From Tubiluchus corallicola (lineage: Eukaryota; Animalia; Priapulida): DNA of 64,000 nucleotides. The notes below the pieces were generated by a model. The model searched no databases and was not told the DNA's origin. It saw only the letters and a program-made list of their open reading frames with translations. Both the position numbers and the translations under genes were made by a program. The stretch lies in assembly GCA_030141605.1 (NCBI GenBank), contig JAQGDQ010001039.1, positions 4,296 through 68,295 of the forward strand, given 5' to 3'. Below, piece after piece: positions 51,520-63,912 of this stretch; the first letter of the stretch is position 1, and every line of letters starts with the position of its first letter.

Positions 51520-52414
51520 TGCCTATGACTTTGTTACCTGTGATTTCTACCCGTGACTTTATTATATGTGACTTCTACCTATGACTTTATTACATGTGAC
51601 TTCTACCTGTGACTTTATTACATGTGATTTCTACCTGTGACTTTATTACATGTGACTTGTGTGACTTTATTACCTATGACTTTATTACATGTGACTTTAT
51701 TTCCTGTGGCATTGTTAATTGTGACTTTTACTACATGTGACTTCTACCTGTGACTTCTATCTGTGACTTTATTACCTGTGACTTTTTACCTGTGACTTTA
51801 TTACTTGTGCTCTTTTTCTAATCATGTTTTTCCTGTGGCTTTTCTCTGACTTTTTTACCTGTAACTTTTTTACTTCAGACTTCTACCTGTAACTTTATTA
51901 CCTGTGACTTTATTACCGTGATTTCTACTGTGAATTTATTACATGTGACTTCTGCCTGTGACTTTATTACATGCGAGTTTTACCTGTGACTTTATTACAT
52001 GTGACTTCTACCTGTGAGTTTGTTACATGTGACTTCTAGCTGCGACTTTATTACCCGTGTCTTTATTACCCGTGACTTTATTACCTGTGACTTTATTACC
52101 TCTGATATTATTACATGTGACTTCTACCTGTGACTTTATTACCTGTGACTTTATTACCTGTGACTTCATTACATGTGACTTCTACCTGTGACTTTATTTC
52201 CTGTGACTTTTTTACCGGTGTCTTCATTAGCTGTGACTTCATTACCTCCAACATTAGTACATGTGACTGCTACCTGTGACTTTTTACCTGTGACTTTATT
52301 GCATGTGACTTTTTTACAGATGACTTTATTACAAGTGACTTCTACCTGTGACTTTTTTACCTGTGATTTTATTACTTGTGACTATTTTACCCGTGACTTT
52401 ATCACCAGGATTCC
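51520..52414 (-). repeat. 12-15-bp minisatellite (TGTGACTTTATTACC), same family as 29777-30168 in opposite orientation
   Basis: Reverse-complement terminus GGAATCCTGGTGATAAAGTCAC resembles GGAATACAGGTAAAAAAGTCAC at 29777. Confidence 0.85.
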
Positions 52415-52954
52415 TACCGTCCCTCCTGGCGTTCGAGAATTATAGAGACTTCCAGCACCACGTGTACGATGACAATTATTATTAGCGCACTTTACAGTAC
52501 GACACAACCTGCTGTATTTCTGGAAATGGTTCACCACTCACAGAATAAAATTTCAAGTTTGTCATAAAGTTTTATGGTGAGGAAATCCTACAGCTCACGA
52601 AAATCTCAACCTTAGTAAGAATGTGAACTGCGAATAACGAGTAATTTAAAGTTTCGTGAGAAATCTTTAGTAAAGGGAGTTGCAGGCAGAATATCTTGAA
52701 TACGTTCTTATGTTTGATAAACTAAATGAAACGCTTCTGCCTGAAAAACTTAATATAGCTGCCTTAGGAACTAATGATATGTTGAAGTTGTTATTATTCG
52801 GATAAGATGAATTCAACTATGTTGCTAACTGTAAAATATTCCAATGCATACATGACTTTATATTACGTACTAAACGCTTCCAGTAGTTTCTATCTGATAT
52901 GAAATGCATCAGTCTTAAATATTCGTACATTAATATTTTCTAACCGTCATTTTC

Positions 52955-53177
52955 TACTAATGTCTAATGTAACCTTGTAGTAAAGCTTGTCAGCTTGTGT
53001 AGTTATAGTCGATTCTTACTGTAAATGTTACTAATGTCTAATGTAATCTTATAGTAAAACTTGTCAGCTTGTGTAGTTATAGTCAATTCTTACTGTAAAT
53101 GTTACTAATATCTAATGTAATCTTATAGTAAAACTTGTCAGCTTGTGTAGTTATAGTCAATTCTTACTGTAAATGTT
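52955..53177. repeat. 74-bp tandem repeat x3
   Basis: TACTAAT.TCTAATGTAA at 52955, 53029, 53103. Confidence 0.9.
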
Positions 53178-53499
53178 TTTGTAAATAGTGTATAAAGTCT
53201 GTTGTGGTGAGGATCCTAAATCATGTTGTTCAAACTGTATGATCCAATCCTATAATAAATTATATTTAAACTATAAATCTTTAGTAAAGGGAGTTGCGTG
53301 TGTGAGTTGCTCGCAACCTGGAGTTGCTAGGCAAATACACGATTCCTGTGGAGAAACATTAAAGGAAAGCAGGACGATTTTTCATATCCGTCCCATTTTG
53401 AAATATGGTAAAAAGCATACATTATAATAAGACATACCAGGACATAATAAGTCTCATTCCACCTATTTTAGACTCTGAGAGATCCACATTTGTTAGAGT

Positions 53500-53950
53500 A
53501 TTCCACCCACTTCTACCTGCAGCTAACAGCGTAAGTTCTTCTGCTCCTAAAGCCGGATTTTTTGAAGTTGTTGAACGTCTTTATTTATCTTAGCTATCCA
53601 AGTTGTTTTTGGTTTGCCAGGTGGTTTTTTGCAAAGTTTCAAGGCTTCCTTTAAGGCGATTCTTACTTGGCTTCATTTGGTAATCTTAGAAGATGTCCTA
53701 GCCATCTTAATCTGTGGATCTTGACTTTTGAACTCCAAGAAATTTCTTTTGTTCTGGTGTATAAATCTTCGTTTCTGATTATGTATGGCCATCTTATCAT
53801 TAAAACTTTCCTAAGAAGACTTCTATGAAATGTGTCAATCTGCTGCTTTTCTTGAGTAATCGTTAAACCCCGAGTTTTACTGTTGTACATAAATATGCTG
53901 GTAACGTAAGCATTAAATAATCAAAGTGTTATGTCAAGACTTAATTTCTT
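53500..53950 (-). mobile_element. RTE-type LINE 3' fragment
   Basis: FHRSLLRKVLMIRWPYIIRNEDLY...RLRWLGHLLR is characteristic of the RTE ORF C-terminus. Confidence 0.8.
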
Positions 53951-54365
53951 GCTAGTTAATACAAATATATTTACAAAGTGTATTTACAAGGAAGCCAAAT
54001 GTGTAACGAATTAACAGGCGTTCTATAAAGGAATAAGATACACAGGTATACTATTACTGACGGTGACGGTAGGCTGTGGCTCGCTTTTTAAACATTTTAT
54101 AAACTTTTAATAAACGTTGTTTTCTTTTTATAATAGTGTGAGTGCCTATAAAAATCTGCTGTATAAATCTTCATTCGTGAATATAGCTGTTTTAAAAACT
54201 CGTCTGTATGTTTACATAACCACTAGCAACAGTTACTATCCACCCTGCCTAGCAACAATTATGATTTTAGCAATTTTTTATCTTACCTTCTGAATTTCAA
54301 GGCATATATGGTGGGTGCTGTAGTTGTAGCGTAATCTGTACCAAAACATTTCAAAAGACCTTGAT

Positions 54366-54981
54366 ATGAAACTACTGATTGCAATAGGTGTCAGTCTGAC
54401 CACGTTGATTGTTAGATGTGGAACGGACTGTATCTGTGATGAGCTCGACTTCATATCGGAAGAGACGGACAAACCCTTCTGCACTTGTGTTCCTATAACT
54501 TCGCATGGCGAAACGACAAAGTGCTCCATTACCTGTACAAACGTGGAAACGAAGAAAGATGCGTCAGACGTGGACCTCTCCAAGTTACCACCGAATGACG
54601 TCTCCCAGTTGTCCATTAAGTACTACAAAGACGGCGAGCTACCCGATAACTTTCTGAAGGGAAAAATCATGGAATCTCTGATGATTGCTGATTCCACAAC
54701 CCTCAAGAGCATTGACAGGAACACGTTTGCAGCTGATGTCCAGCAGACGTTGTTACTGGACAACCTGACTGTTTTAGATACAATTCATCCTCAAGCATTC
54801 AAAGAGTTAAAGAATCTGGTGCATTTTAAAATCAACAATTGTTCCAACTTGAAAGACGTTGACTTCGATTTCTCTCAAAACGTGCGTCTACGCCGGATTT
54901 CCATATCAGGAACAGGTGCCGTAACCATGTCAGAGCCGATGATGGCCACCTCACATGTACAAGTGGCGTTGGACCTAAGGC
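54366..54981 (+). CDS. Exon 1 of a cell-surface leucine-rich-repeat protein (signal peptide, Cys-rich LRRNT, LRRs)
   Basis: MKLLIAIGVSLTTLIV signal; CTC...CSITC cap; LKSIDRNTF, LDTIHPQAFKELKNL LRR motifs; phase-1 donor C|GTAAG at 54981/54982. Confidence 0.85.
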
Positions 54982-55415
54982 GTAAGCTAATTTCTCCTTT
55001 TCATGGTTTGTGCAGTTGCAATTTAAATTGTAAGGCGTAAGTTAATTTCTCCTTTTCATGGTTTGTGCAGTTGCAATTCCAATTGTAAGACGTAAGCTAA
55101 TTTCTCCTTTTCATGGTTTGTGCAGTTGCAATTCTAATTGTAAGGCGTAAGCTAATTTCTCCTATTGATGGTTTGTGCAGTTGCAATTCTAATTGTAAGG
55201 CGTAAGCTAATTTCTCCTTTTCATGGTTTGTGCAGTTGCAGTTCCAATTGTAGGCGCACGCTAATTTCTCCTTTTCATGGTTTGTGCAGTTGCAATTCTA
55301 ACTGTAAGGCGTAAACTAATTTCACCTATTGATGGTTTGTGCAGTTGTAATTCCAATTGTAAGGCGCAAGCTAATTTCTCCTTTTCATGGTTTGTGCAGT
55401 TGCAATTCCAAATGT
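54982..55415 (+). repeat. 55-bp tandem repeat x8 beginning at the splice donor
   Basis: Units start at 54982, 55037, 55092, 55147, 55202, 55256, 55311, 55366. Confidence 0.95.
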
Positions 55416-55694
55416 ATGTAGGTTGCTTTAGGGTTTGTTACAGGTACTCGATAAAAATTGTTTTCAACACGCTTGATTTTTGCGAGTTTGCTTCTTATTA
55501 GTGATTAAAAGATCTTTAAAACCGAATTCAATTCGAAATCTTGAAATTCAGTTTTATTCAAGTTAGAAAGTCGACTCGAATTGGCTTTCTGATAGAGAAT
55601 TGTCACCCCTTATTAAACTTCTGTAGCTTTCTGCCTTGTAACCGGAACCATGCTGCGCATTATGGAGTGTTTATTTTCTGTTATGAATTCGCAG

Positions 55695-55921
55695 GTAACA
55701 AATTTATATGCGACTGCAAGATGGAATGGTTGATTGAGCAAGCTTGGAAATCATTAACCATTGACTGTGAGCAACCTCGTGGAAGATATGATGAAAGTGA
55801 ACTTCCTGTAGAACACTTCAAACGGTGTTTGGGAAGAGCAGACAGATTGCAGGCCGAGTTCTTATTAACATATGTTTTATTAATAAATCTGTGCACCATG
55901 GTTTTCCTGCTTCAGAGATAA
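55695..55921 (+). CDS. Exon 2 of the LRR protein (LRRCT and hydrophobic C-terminus, probable GPI signal); spliced product 280 aa
   Basis: Acceptor GCAG| at 55694; splicing gives LDLRRNKFICDCKMEWL, matching the LRRCT consensus; ends FLLTYVLLINLCTMVFLLQR*. Confidence 0.85.
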
Positions 55922-56074
55922 CGACTGTATAGCGCTTTTACCTAGTTGCCAACCAATACTTTTACGTTTTGTCATATTAGTTTTCTTGTACGAGATGTTT
56001 GTGTTTAAACGAATTAGAATTTGCACCCATTTGAAAACTAAACATTCATCAACGCCAACGAGTAATAAAACTGT

Positions 56075-56585
56075 ACTGAGAGGGAGAGACAGAGAGAGAG
56101 AAAGAACGAGAAACAATAAGAAAGAGAAAAAGGAACAAGGAAAGAGAGAGAAAGCAAGTGAAAGAGTGAAAGAGAAAGAGAGAGGAAAAGGCGAGGAAGA
56201 GAGTGAAAGAGACAGAGGAAGGCAGAGAGAGAAAGAGAGGGAGACAGAGATGAGGAGTGAGGGAGAGAGAGATAGGGGAGAGGGAGAGAGAGAGGGTTTA
56301 GCGAGAAGGGGGAAAGGGAGAGAGGGGAAGAGAGAGGGGAGAGAGAGGGGAGAGGGGGAGAAAGAGAAAAAGGAAGAAGGAAAGAGAAGGAAAGTAAGTG
56401 AATGAGTGAGAGAGAAAGAGAGAGGAGAAAGCAAGGAAGAGAGTGAAAGAGACAGAGGAAGGGAGAGAGAGAAAGAGAGGAAGAGAGACAGGAGGAGAGA
56501 GAGAGAGGAGGAGAGAGGGGGAGAGAGAGAGGGGAGAGAGGGAGAAAGAGAGAGAAAGAGAGCTTGAGAGAGAGAGTGAGAGGAA
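56075..56585. repeat. Polypurine GA-rich low-complexity tract
   Basis: Direct reading; a similar tract lies at ~61935-62390. Confidence 0.9.
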
Positions 56586-57502
56586 TAATGGTGACATCAA
56601 CTTCTAATTGATGAAACGGACCTACAAACGACCCGGGCTGTGCTTTGAGGACGCCGACACGCCCACCGCTTCTGATTAAATACATTCGCTAAGCATCCCA
56701 GCTACTTCTGGATCGATCCCTAATAATCTGGAGTTTAGCGGAGTAGTTGAATCAGCAAGTGACGTCACAGCTGATTTTGCATATTGGCCTACTAGTGGAG
56801 TACAGGCTATCATAAGCACCAGCAATCAAATGGTACTATTGCTGAAATCATCTTCTCACTACGCTGCTGTACAAATAGTAAGAACTGCCAAGAAAAGACT
56901 GTATTATACAGACTGTACGGGCAGTCTTATTTTTGCATCGCTTACTACTAGTACAGCCATGTAGTAATTGGATGATTTGAACAATAGTATGAAAGAATTG
57001 GAAGGACGAAATCAAAAAAGGTTGAGTAAAAAAACCGACAACACAGCGAAAAAGAGATTTACCTTTGATAATGAAAACATTTTATGTTAACATTTGATAT
57101 TGGCGCCATTTGCAGCTGTGGCGGTTGTTAATCAGCAACGGTTACAGGAGTTTCTTGTGTCACGTCTCGTGTCTCAAATTTCAAACACTTTGTTACTCTC
57201 TCCTTTCCTGAGATAAAAGATTATTAAATAAGCTCTAGTATAACCATTATAGTTGAAACACAAAAACTTTATTTAAACTTAAATTTACATGGTTAAAAAA
57301 TCAGGAAACACGTTTCGACACATAAGCAGAGCTCATAGTATAGAACATTATGTAGCTAATTAAGTATTTAACAGAATCCAAATGAGGTTTGTGGTTTCAC
57401 TACAGAAAAAACGTCTCATGCAAGTGGACAAAGTCTTTCAAAGTTAAAACACCACAACTTTCTTAAATCTTTTAATTTACGTAGCTAAAAATTAGAAATC
57501 GC

Positions 57503-57533
57503 GTTTCGACAGAGTTACTGCTGTCTTCATCAG
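57503..57533 (-). ncRNA. Hammerhead ribozyme core (minimal type I, Penelope-associated)
   Basis: Minus strand CTGATGA-A-GACAG-CAGTAACT-CTGTC-GAAAC: both catalytic boxes and a perfect stem II; stems I/III and cleavage triplet not clearly intact. Confidence 0.65.
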
Positions 57534-57970
57534 TCGTAAATGTTTACAAACGTGTAACCAGTTTATATGGGCAGAGCGTACAGTATAGAACATTATGCAC
57601 TAAATATGTGGTTAACAGAAGCCAAATAGGTAATGAATAAACAGACCAGTAGAAAAGAAATTGGTACAGTAACAAATTGCTAAGTGTCTGAGAATAAAAT
57701 TAAAGGAATTGAACTGCTTTGCACAATAAGAGAAGGCTTATTAGGGTACATAGATAAACTTTCTTTTATTAATAAGTCCCAGTAATTTGCAGCTCTGGTC
57801 ACAATGCTGAAATCAGCATCGGCTTTGTGGCCAGAAGTACAAATATGGTCAATAAAGTTGGATTGAAGAGAATTCCATAATTTCTTGATATTTCTAGACC
57901 AAATGTTCACAAATTCTTACCTTGAAGTGCCCACATTACATTGACGCTGCTACACTGAACTCATTTACCA

Positions 57971-58001
57971 CTGATGATGACAGCAGTAGTTCTATCGAAA
58001 C
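57971..58001 (+). ncRNA. Hammerhead ribozyme core, inverted copy
   Basis: CTGATGA-T-GACAG-CAGTAGTT-CTATC-GAAAC, one mismatch in stem II. Confidence 0.55.
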
Positions 58002-58148
58002 GTTTAACATGATTTGTAACTATGAGAGTTAAATGTTTTAATAACTTGTGGTGTATTAGCTATAATCATTAGAATACTAAAAAATTGCTTATATACTTTT
58101 GATAATTATTGAGTGTAGTTCGTATCGTAGCTTTGTTCGTAAATGCAC

Positions 58149-58468
58149 TGTTGTTGTTGTTGTTGTTGGCATCCTTCTTTCTCGGAAGACAATGGAGTGT
58201 GCGCCGAGAAAGTCAGTTATTGATCACATTGATGGAGCTGCAGCGTCGACTGTGGCTGAGCAATCCGATCCTTGAACCACTGGAGTGGTCTCTCCAGGGC
58301 GCACGTCTGTGCAAGGCGTATGGAGATCCTGAGTTGCACAGACAACAGGAACCCCCTCTCTTCCTCGCTGGTGTAGTCCAAAAGAAAGTGGAGTGATACG
58401 ATTTGTATCAGGTTGGCTGCAGGAGCTACCGGAGTCAGGGGCTCCACCACTGATTTGGAAGGTTTACT
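58149..58468 (-). mobile_element. 5S-SINE family copy, 5'-truncated
   Basis: Matches 45093-45432 with an internal deletion; (CAA)6 tail. Confidence 0.85.
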
Positions 58469-58486
58469 GTATAATCCTTCAAAGTA

Positions 58487-58696
58487 CAGGGTGGTACATA
58501 ACTCTCTTCTAGGAGGGTGCAAAAACAACGATTAACAGTACAGCACAATCTATTACGTCAAAATATTGTTCAAACAATAGCAAATCTATCGTGACCTCAA
58601 AATTTATTGTTTCACCAAAATTTAGATGGAACAAATTGTTCTGTAACAGTACTCGCTGCTTTTGTACTCCCTAGCAGAAACTTATGTAGCACCCTG
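58487..58696. mobile_element. Tc1/mariner-type MITE, 210 bp
   Basis: TA|CAGGGTGGTACATAA ... TTATGTAGCACCCTG|TA. Confidence 0.85.
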
Positions 58697-60613
58697 TATA
58701 GCAGTGTGATTATACAGACAACCTGACACAGGCAGAATATTAATAATCATCAACGTGACAGACGACTGTCGACTGTCTGTTATTCATGAAATTCGACGAG
58801 GCATCCATTTTTAATTTTGCCGGATAATTTATTTCGTTTATTTATTAATTTGTGGAAATATTTAGACAGGAGACAGATAGTAGTTTGCGCAGCTTGATTT
58901 ATTATCAATGTTTTAGCACGGCGAATAGATAAAGTCAAATATGACAGCTTTCTTCAAGCATTATCCAATTAATGATCTTAATAGAGCTGTGCGTCAGTTT
59001 CTTGCTAAAGATCTCAGCTATTGCTATCACCTAGTTTGCTCTGCACTGCGTGTACCGGTCGCGCATTATTGTCGTTCGTTATTCCGTGTTTTTTATTCTT
59101 TCCCGTTTCGTCATTTGTGCTGGTTATTAAGCGCGTTGCTACATACGTAACTCTTGCAGCTGACTACTCTCGTCGTCTCCCTGATGTTTCCTTTTCCGCC
59201 ATCCTCATTGTCTTCCGCAGTTTTGAAATCGGCACCATCATCACCGTCATCATCATCATCATAGTCGTCGTCGTCGTCGTCGTAGTCGTCATCATCAGCG
59301 TCATCGTCGTCATCTTAATATCTTCGTTGTCGTCATCGGCAACTCTCCGTCACTGTTCTTCACCATAATATTCACTACTATCATCATCATCGTAGTCAGT
59401 GTTAACATTATCATCTTCATCATTATCATCATCGTCATTGCCGTCATCACCATCGTCATCATCATAATCATCATCATCAATTATCAGGATCATAAGTCAA
59501 ACAACAAGTTGTCATTATTAACATCATCTTCGTCATTATCATCATCGTCATAATCATCATCGTCATCGTCGTCATCATATCATCGTCATAATCGTCATGA
59601 TCACAATCATCATCATCAATTATCAGGGCCATAAATCAAACAACAAGTTGTCATTGTTTATAGTTCCAACTGTCTTTGATTTTTGACAAATTTTTAAAAG
59701 TGACTTAGAACTTTTGAAACGCCCGGTATGTCATCAGTGTTCTTCACCATAATATTCACCCCTATCATCATCATCGTAGTCATTGTTAACATTATCATCT
59801 TCATCATTATCATCATCGTCATAATCATCATCGTCACCATCATCGTCATAAGCATCATCGTCATAAGCATCATCGTCATCATCATCGTTATCACATTGTT
59901 TATTGTCCAACTGTCTTTGATTTCTGACAAATTTTTGAAAGTGACTGGGAACTTTTGAAACGCCCGGTATGTCGTCAATGCAGTCGGTAATTTTTTCACG
60001 AGAAATAGAATCCCGTCACGAAAATTGAGCTTCGAAAAAGCTGAACGCCGTCTGGAACTTTAGTCCAAGTTTTTCTGCAAAACGACAGCGGCTTTGTTCA
60101 TTGGACAAAAACAGATTTCATTCAATGGGACAATTCGTGCGAGTTTCATCCGTTGCAGAATTCGCCTCTATCCGTCTCAGGAGGCGAGCTCTTTTCACCG
60201 CCTGTAGGTAGAACAGTTCAGTTGCTCCCATGACAATTTCGTGATCAAAACTGCGCCTGATTAGTTAATATGTTTGAAGTGAAATTTTACTTTGTGTTGG
60301 CTTGTCAGTGCACATAAAGAATTCATGAGGATGGGTAGCGATGATACCAATACAAGAGTTTAATAAAATTAATATTCGTTTGTGTATGAAAAGTTAATGA
60401 ACAAAAATGAAATGTGAGTCCCGTTTGGGAATTAAAATTGTTATAGCGCTTTTAGAAAAGAGGGTCAGTTGATTTTTCACACACTGATGTTCATTCAATG
60501 TTGATTCGTTTTGTCGTCTTCTCATTTGTACTGTATTTTGCAAACGAGAAAGAAAAATTCTTAGAATCTCGTGTCTTAGAACAGCAAGGCAAACAAGGGA
60601 ACGAACAGACGAA

Positions 60614-61215
60614 CATACATACATACATACATACATACATACATACATACATACATACATACATACATACATACATACATACATACATACATACATACAT
60701 ACATACATACATACATACATACATACATACATACATACATACATACATACATACATACATACATACATACATACATACATACATACATACATACATACAT
60801 ACATACATACATACATACATGCATACATACATACATGCATACATGCATACATACATGCATACATACATACATACATACATGCATACATACATACATGCAT
60901 ACATACATACATGCATACATACATACATGCATACATACATACATACATACATACATACATACATACATACATACATACATACATACATACATACATACAT
61001 ACATACATACATACATACATACATACATACACACATACATACATGCATACATACATACAAACATACACACACACATACATACATACACACACATACATAC
61101 ATACAAACATACATACATACATACATACATACATACATACATACATACATACATACATACATACATACATACATACATACATACATACATACATACATAC
61201 ATGCATACATACACA
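60614..61215. repeat. (ACAT)n microsatellite
   Basis: Direct reading. Confidence 0.95.
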
Positions 61216-61952
61216 CGTACAGATAGACAGACAAATAGAACGTATAGAACAATCATACAAGCGAGCGAACGAACAAACATTATAATGCACAAACGTCTGA
61301 AAACGTTATAATGAGAAAATAGTTCTGAAATATATTCAAATGTAATAACAGCGACAACAGCAGTAGCAGCAGCAGCAACAGCAGTGACGCTAGAAAAAAC
61401 CGCAGCATGTCAGTGACAGCAATAACATTAACAGCAACAACAGCAACACCAAAGCTATCGAAGACAAGGACGTCAACAATATGTACAACATCAACAACAA
61501 CGTGTTTAGGCCTTCCACGAAGAACAGACAATGTTGACCTTGACCTTTGCTTGTCTCTTGACCTTTGAAAGTTTCAGTAGAAGCCAGTAATTGTGCTGTA
61601 TATCGTTACATTGCTTGTTAGACCTATTAGCGTTGCGCAGAGCATCATAAATGAACAGCTGCATAATTTTAGAAATTCATTTTATTGATTTAATAAAACA
61701 GTTCGCTGACACTTAACAAAACGCCTGAATTTTATAGCTGCTCTTTAATTCCAGCGCAGATCGACTCTTTAGATTTACCCAAATGATCTCCTTGGAGACA
61801 CAGCAATGGACAGAATGCATGGCTTATATAGTAATAGGATGGTCGAAGTCTTAAATGACATGGAACTGACATGTGTAACGCTATTCGAGTATCACAGCTG
61901 TTGGGTACCTCTAAATTACTTCCTCGTGAAATGAAAAAAAGAAAGAAAAGAC

Positions 61953-62021
<69 letters not shown>

Positions 62022-62204
62022 GTGGAAGAGAGAGAAAGGGAAAAGAGGCGGAAGGGAGAGATAAAGGGATGGAGAGAAACAGAAATTTACTTATATATTT
62101 TTTATTAATAAAACCTCTATTTGCAGGTGAGGAAAGGAATGGAAGGAAAGAAATGAAAGTAATGGAAAGGAAAGGAATAGAAGGAAAAGAAAGGAAAAAG
62201 AGGC

Positions 62205-62236
<32 letters not shown>

Positions 62237-62862
62237 GAGTGAGAGAGAAAGAGAGAGAGGGGAGAGAGAGAGAGAGAGAGAAAGAGGGGGAGAAAGAGAG
62301 AAACACAAAGAGATAAAAGCATAGGGGAGAGAGAAAAAGAAGATGAAGAAGAAGATGATGAATAGGGAATGAGAAAAGAGAGAAAGAGAAGCCCCTCGTC
62401 CTACGTTGCACCAGCGTCCACCCCTTTCACAAGTGACTGAGCGACTTATCATCCACCTTTTCACTTGCTTTTGCATTCAGTGTTCTAGTTCGCGAAACCA
62501 TTTTTCTGCATCAGTTCTTCTGGAAGGAGCTGTTAAAATCGCTGGCTGATAATTATCGCCTAAAGATCCCCGGGGAGTCTAGAGCTCCGGCAAAGAAACT
62601 GCAGCCCAGGCTATAGAGTAACACAGAGTTTAACAAAACAAAGGCTAAGTTTGTGTGCGCTGAATACGAATGTAAGAAATGTCACGGCCGCATTAGAACG
62701 GAAAAGAAAAGGGTCTGCGCTTCCAGGCCGGGGCGAGTCCAGTCTTTGGTGTTTTCCTTTACGGTTGGAGGAGAATGCATGGACACGCCCTGTAGGATTC
62801 TTGCGTGTGTCTTTATAATTACAATTATAATGTTAATTCATTGGTGGTAAAAGCGCCATAAA

Positions 62863-63030
62863 TGGGGAGGATAGGGACAGTAGGGTGGATAGGGACAGTG
62901 GGGTGGAAAGGGACAGTGGGGTGGATAGGGACAGTGGGGTGGATAGGGACAGTGGGGTGAATAGGGACAGTGGGTGAATAGGGACACTGGGTGGATAGGA
63001 ACAGTGGGGTGGATAGGGACAGGGAAGTGG
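62863..63030 (+). repeat. 17-18-bp G-rich minisatellite (GGGGTGGATAGGGACAGT), G-quadruplex-prone
   Basis: About 9 units, each with GGGG and GGG runs. Confidence 0.85.
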
Positions 63031-63758
63031 GTTGGACCAAGACGTGGGAGTAAAATGTGCAAGCGGTGAAGAACACTGATGACACTTGCAGGCATTTCAA
63101 AGATTCTAAGTGCTTTTTGAAAATTTGTCAAAAATCAAAGACAGTTGGAACTATAAACAATGACAACTTGTTGTTTGATTTATGGCCCTGATAATTGATG
63201 ATGATGATTGTGATCATGACGATTATGACGATGATATGATGACGACGATGACGATGATGATTATGACGATGATGATAATGACGAAGATGATGTGCAATAA
63301 CGGTGAAATCTTATAAGGCTGAGCCTAAAATTGCTGTGCATTTTGAATATCTGTAAAAATTTAAAATGTGTTTTTTCATTTTTAAAAGCAGGTCTGTAGC
63401 ACTATCATTTAAGAGTTTGAACTTAATATAATGTAACCGAAACATTAAAATTATGTTGATACTATAGCGTCTAAAATAAAACGGAAGCATCCGAATTTTA
63501 TACTATAAAAATTCTTTAGAATGTACAAAAATTTTGTTTTTAACGTCATTAGATTTAATCAAACAGATTAGAAATAATACAGAATGATGCCTTACTGACA
63601 GTCACCGACTATAAAATATAAATTTTTACATCACCATTCAAAAACCTTAGAAATATAAATTTATTTGGATAAATAGGCCTGCTATAGATCTTGTGCAGGA
63701 GACGGGAATTTTCCCACTCCGCCATGATACTATGGTTCATCGTTTATTCCAGAATTAC

Positions 63759-63912
63759 CGGCCGGCGTGGTAGCGGTGGTAGTTTCAGTTGTGGTCTCAA
63801 CAGTGGATTCAGTAGTAGTCCCAATAGTGGTCTCAGTAGTGGTCTCAGTAGGGGTCTCAGTAGTTGTAACTGTAGTGGCTTCTGTGGTGCCCTCTGTGGT
63901 TGGTGGTGTTGT
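63759..63912 (-). other. Possible Thr/Glu-rich mucin-like exon or gene fragment
   Basis: Translates TTPPTTEGTTEATTVTTTETPTETTTETTIGTTTESTVETTTETTTATTPA with varied third codon positions; bounded by TAG| and |GTAATT, but the acceptor is weak. Confidence 0.35.

Larger units (their letters stand above)
57250..58060 (-). mobile_element. Penelope-like element 3' fragment (GIY-YIG C-terminus) with tandem and inverted pseudo-LTR pieces
   Basis: DHICTSGH...DFSIV...LLIKESL...KPSL..Q.SSIPLILF resembles the end of Penelope endonuclease domains; repeated segments at ~57305-57390 and ~57495-57630; inverted copy at ~57960-58055. Confidence 0.75.
59521..63293. repeat. ~228-bp inverted repeat pair (59521-59748 and 63065-63293)
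   Basis: 63121-63293 reads as the reverse complement of ~59521-59693; inner ~55 bp more diverged. Confidence 0.85.
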
